Position numbers and translations under genes: made by a program
Part shown: one piece after another, positions 61,385 to 64,000 of the stretch
How positions within the stretch are numbered: position 1 is the first letter of the stretch
Layout of the letters: every line of letters begins with the position of its first letter
The notes under the pieces: generated by a model
Seen by the model: only the letters and a program-made list of their open reading frames with translations
Databases searched by the model: none
What the model was told of the DNA's origin: nothing
Source: a bacterium
GTDB taxonomy: Bacteria; Patescibacteriota; Minisyncoccia; Phycocordibacterales; UBA12088
Length of the DNA stretch: 64,000 bases
Direction of reading: 5' to 3'
NCBI GenBank assembly: GCA_003252295.1
Contig: QKEV01000007.1
Span: 80,139-144,138, forward strand

Positions 61385-62371
61385 CTACAACTCAGTAACT
61401 CTAAAATGGCTACCGTCAAAAATAGCAAGGGTGTTGATATCAAGTAAACGAAAATCAAGATTCGGTTCTTCTATTATGGTCTGAATATTTCGCTGCGATC
61501 TGTTATCGAGTTCGACAACATACAGTCCACTCCTGGTGAGAACTATCACAACATCATTTCGATTTGGATAAAAATTGTAGCGGAGTATGTCATCTTCCCA
61601 CTGAATAGCAAGTTGATCCTGACACCCTCCTTCAGAGCAGAAGTAGTATGGGACCACGTCGTTTTCCCGTGCCCACACAGCATAGAGATCTCCATGTTCA
61701 AGCCAGGTCACAATACCGTCATGCTCACGAACCATCTCTTTTTCCGCAAGCTTGCTTGAGCTTGCCAGCGTTACAAGCCAGTCAGGGTAACGAATCTCAG
61801 TAACAATGGTCGTACTTGGGTAACGTATACCACGTATATACTCATATGTTGAAGTAGCAACCTCTACCTCAAACTGATCATGATCCTCTTCAAAAAACTC
61901 CACCTTATCTAGGTACTCCGGATTTGTAACCTCAGTTGTCGTACTGATACCTGTTTCAGTATCAAGCATGGTGAGTGTAGAGGTGGCATTAATCATTACC
62001 CATTCAAAAACCTTTGGGAGCATAAATATTTTCGCCTCAGTCACCAGTTTTGGTTCAACACGAAGCACCTTGACCCAGCTCTGATACTCCGGGCGTTCAA
62101 CACGTACCGCATAGTACCTATTTGGAAGCAACCCTTCGATAAACGTATTCCTGAGAAGTGCACCGTTGTTTTCAACAAACTCATCATCAAGATACACTGA
62201 TGTGTATGGTATATCAGAATGAAGATATATACCTCCCGTCTGAATAACACCCAGGGCATCATCAATTCTGTACCCTCTTGAGTACCCTATAAGGACTGGA
62301 GTACAAAGTAAAAATGTAAACAGTAAAAACCATAGTACCCTCCTGCGTATTTTTTTTGATAACGGCTTCAT
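61385..62371 (-). CDS. Hypothetical secreted / membrane-anchored protein
   Basis: N-terminal TM VLWFLLFTFLLCTPVLIGY. No motif recognised. Confidence 0.45.
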   Translation of the reverse strand: MKPLSKKIRRRVLWFLLFTFLLCTPVLIGYSRGYRIDDALGVIQTGGIYLHSDIPYTSVYLDDEFVENNGALLRNTFIEGLLPNRYYAVRVERPEYQSWVKVLRVEPKLVTEAKIFMLPKVFEWVMINATSTLTMLDTETGISTTTEVTNPEYLDKVEFFEEDHDQFEVEVATSTYEYIRGIRYPSTTIVTEIRYPDWLVTLASSSKLAEKEMVREHDGIVTWLEHGDLYAVWARENDVVPYYFCSEGGCQDQLAIQWEDDILRYNFYPNRNDVVIVLTRSGLYVVELDNRSQRNIQTIIEEPNLDFRLLDINTLAIFDGSHFRVTEL

Positions 62372-62374
62372 GGT

Positions 62375-63946
62375 TTATGATTCTTTTCTTTTCTCTTTTG
62401 GTGTCACCCAAAATTCACCCATATATTTACCAAAAGCTAACTTTGTTTGGGCATGCAAACCCGGTACAGCACCAAGGATCACTATGGTAAATGGAACGAG
62501 TAACCATTGTACGCTTGCCCAAAAGTACTTCATGCCGCGTTTTGGATAATCTTTAGGCAGTTTTGGCATAAATGAAAACGCGACACACGCAGCGAGGACA
62601 AGACCAAGCATGGCAACAAGCATGAGATTTCGTGTGATAAATGGAAGACTGTATGATATGACCGTATCCCGAAACGCATCACCTCCGAGCACAATAGGTA
62701 ACCATCCAAGGAGAAAAATAAGAATAGGATGTGTTGCGAGTGACCACCAACCTTCAAGCTGTACCATGGTGTGGTAGATACGCTTTCTAAGTGGTATTGA
62801 TTTGTTTTTCACAAAGCCAAAGAGCATGTATGGAACATTTTCAACACCCCACAACCATCGAAATTGCTGCTTGTATATATTCTTCAACGTTTTCAAGAAT
62901 GTTGGTGCGGTGGTTGCATCCATTGAAACTGGGTAGCTAATGGGTACCGTCGTATAATCACCATCATTTGCTAAAAAGAGGTTCCAAAAGATACGTGAGT
63001 CATCAGACACAACGTTCTTTTGCCAAAAACCGATCTCATTCAAAGCCTTAAAAGAAATTGCATGTGAAGAAAATGTTGTAAGTTTTTCTGAACGTTCCTG
63101 TTGTATCATCTGCCAAAACGTACTTGAAAAAGCAGCAACACGAGAAATAGCCGGTGCATCCCAGATGTTGTTGTTATATAGTGGAACTGGTTGGAAAGAA
63201 GTTTTGTGTGGATACTCAGCAGTTAAAAAATACCAAGTTAAACAGAGGAAGTACTGTGGATACACCACCGTATCAATATCAAACGCAGAAACTATAACAT
63301 CCTCATACGGAATATTATAGGCATCAACCACTTCCTTTTTTGCCATCTCCGCAGCGTACGTAATATTTGGACCCTTACCTTTTATCTCACCAGGTAAGCC
63401 CTCAGGATGCGCAGTAACAACAATATGCTTAAACGTACCAGCATACTTTTTCTTCATTTTGTATGCTATTGCAACTGCCTCCTCACCAGCTCGTTCTTCA
63501 GCAGCTAGACCGAGTATGATCTTTGTTTTGTCGTACTCTGCATTTGCAACAGACTGTATCGCCGCCTCAACTATTTGTTCTGGCTCCTTGTAATACGGAA
63601 GGATAACGTAATGATAGAGTTGCTCGTACTTAAAAGGTCTCATTTTCTCCTTCCAGTCCACCTTGAGGTTATGCTTCAGACGCTTCCAGTTGTACCGTTG
63701 ATGCATGGATAAGTAAAATGTTTTCAATACCCAGTATAAATCGAAGGTAATAATAAGATACGCAGCATAGGTTGGACCATACACAGAAAGAGCCACAATA
63801 GCAATAATTGTGGACCACGAAATGAATGCCGGTATCGCTTCTAAAAAACGATAGAGCGTCTTATCTTTCCCCTCCAAATCCCTCGCATGGGCTACCTTTA
63901 AATATGGTGTTTTTGAAAAGTGTGTTACTTGTCTTTTTTCCTTCAT
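62375..63946 (-). CDS. Membrane-embedded family-2 glycosyltransferase (processive, cellulose/chitin-synthase-like)
   Basis: N- and C-terminal TM helices. DxD-like SAFDIDT and the QQFRWLWG (QxxRW) motif. Confidence 0.6.
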   Translation of the reverse strand: MKEKRQVTHFSKTPYLKVAHARDLEGKDKTLYRFLEAIPAFISWSTIIAIVALSVYGPTYAAYLIITFDLYWVLKTFYLSMHQRYNWKRLKHNLKVDWKEKMRPFKYEQLYHYVILPYYKEPEQIVEAAIQSVANAEYDKTKIILGLAAEERAGEEAVAIAYKMKKKYAGTFKHIVVTAHPEGLPGEIKGKGPNITYAAEMAKKEVVDAYNIPYEDVIVSAFDIDTVVYPQYFLCLTWYFLTAEYPHKTSFQPVPLYNNNIWDAPAISRVAAFSSTFWQMIQQERSEKLTTFSSHAISFKALNEIGFWQKNVVSDDSRIFWNLFLANDGDYTTVPISYPVSMDATTAPTFLKTLKNIYKQQFRWLWGVENVPYMLFGFVKNKSIPLRKRIYHTMVQLEGWWSLATHPILIFLLGWLPIVLGGDAFRDTVISYSLPFITRNLMLVAMLGLVLAACVAFSFMPKLPKDYPKRGMKYFWASVQWLLVPFTIVILGAVPGLHAQTKLAFGKYMGEFWVTPKEKRKES

Positions 63947-64000
63947 TTATCTTTAGTGCATCGTAACTGCATATTGTCTGTACAGCCGAAAGCGAGACTC

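Overview
The window is mostly housekeeping genes from a low-GC (~40%), reduced bacterial genome. I infer a Candidate Phyla Radiation-like lineage from the gene content: Elp3, DUF11 surface proteins, sortase, and short aminoacyl-tRNA synthetases (aaRS). Core genes present are rpoB-rpoC, dnaE, dnaX-like, gyrB, serS, thrS, pheST, rnc, rnhB, rpsP-KH-trmD, rpmF, dprA, ftsQ and a tRNA-dihydrouridine synthase. Most genes are on the minus strand and use the standard genetic code.

Most start codons sit about 6-7 nt downstream of a -10-like TAnnnT hexamer and have no Shine-Dalgarno (SD) sequence, so the mRNAs look leaderless. A few small genes carry a perfect AGGAGG instead.

The most unusual region is 16.8-21.3 kb, bounded by tRNA-Gln(UUG):
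- It holds an array of minus-strand genes: two paralogous HExxH proteins, several small membrane proteins and a small ORF interrupted by a stop. Each is preceded by a conserved ~40-nt leader (CAGTTC..CCTAGGTTGTTTTTGTGTATACT-N6-8-ATG). Two leaders also carry a palindromic AAGAATCAGGTGATT/AATCACCTGATTCTT hairpin.
- It includes a ~1-kb non-coding stretch with flanking terminators that probably encodes structured RNA.

Other notable items:
- An overlapping SET-domain and ParB/Srx-like gene pair.
- An Elp3, Trm9-like methyltransferase and Nudix cluster.
- An ApbE and MsrQ-like flavinylation pair.
- A membrane-anchored Clp/Hsp100-like ATPase whose first AAA+ domain (D1) is inactive.
- A NusB-Nudix fusion.
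- A membrane-tethered cupredoxin next to a DUF11 surface protein.
- A sortase next to an 831-aa poly-Asp protein with an internal sorting-signal-like motif.
- A promoter- and terminator-bounded ~220-nt sRNA candidate between gyrB and pheT.

No CRISPR array, integrase or transposase was seen.
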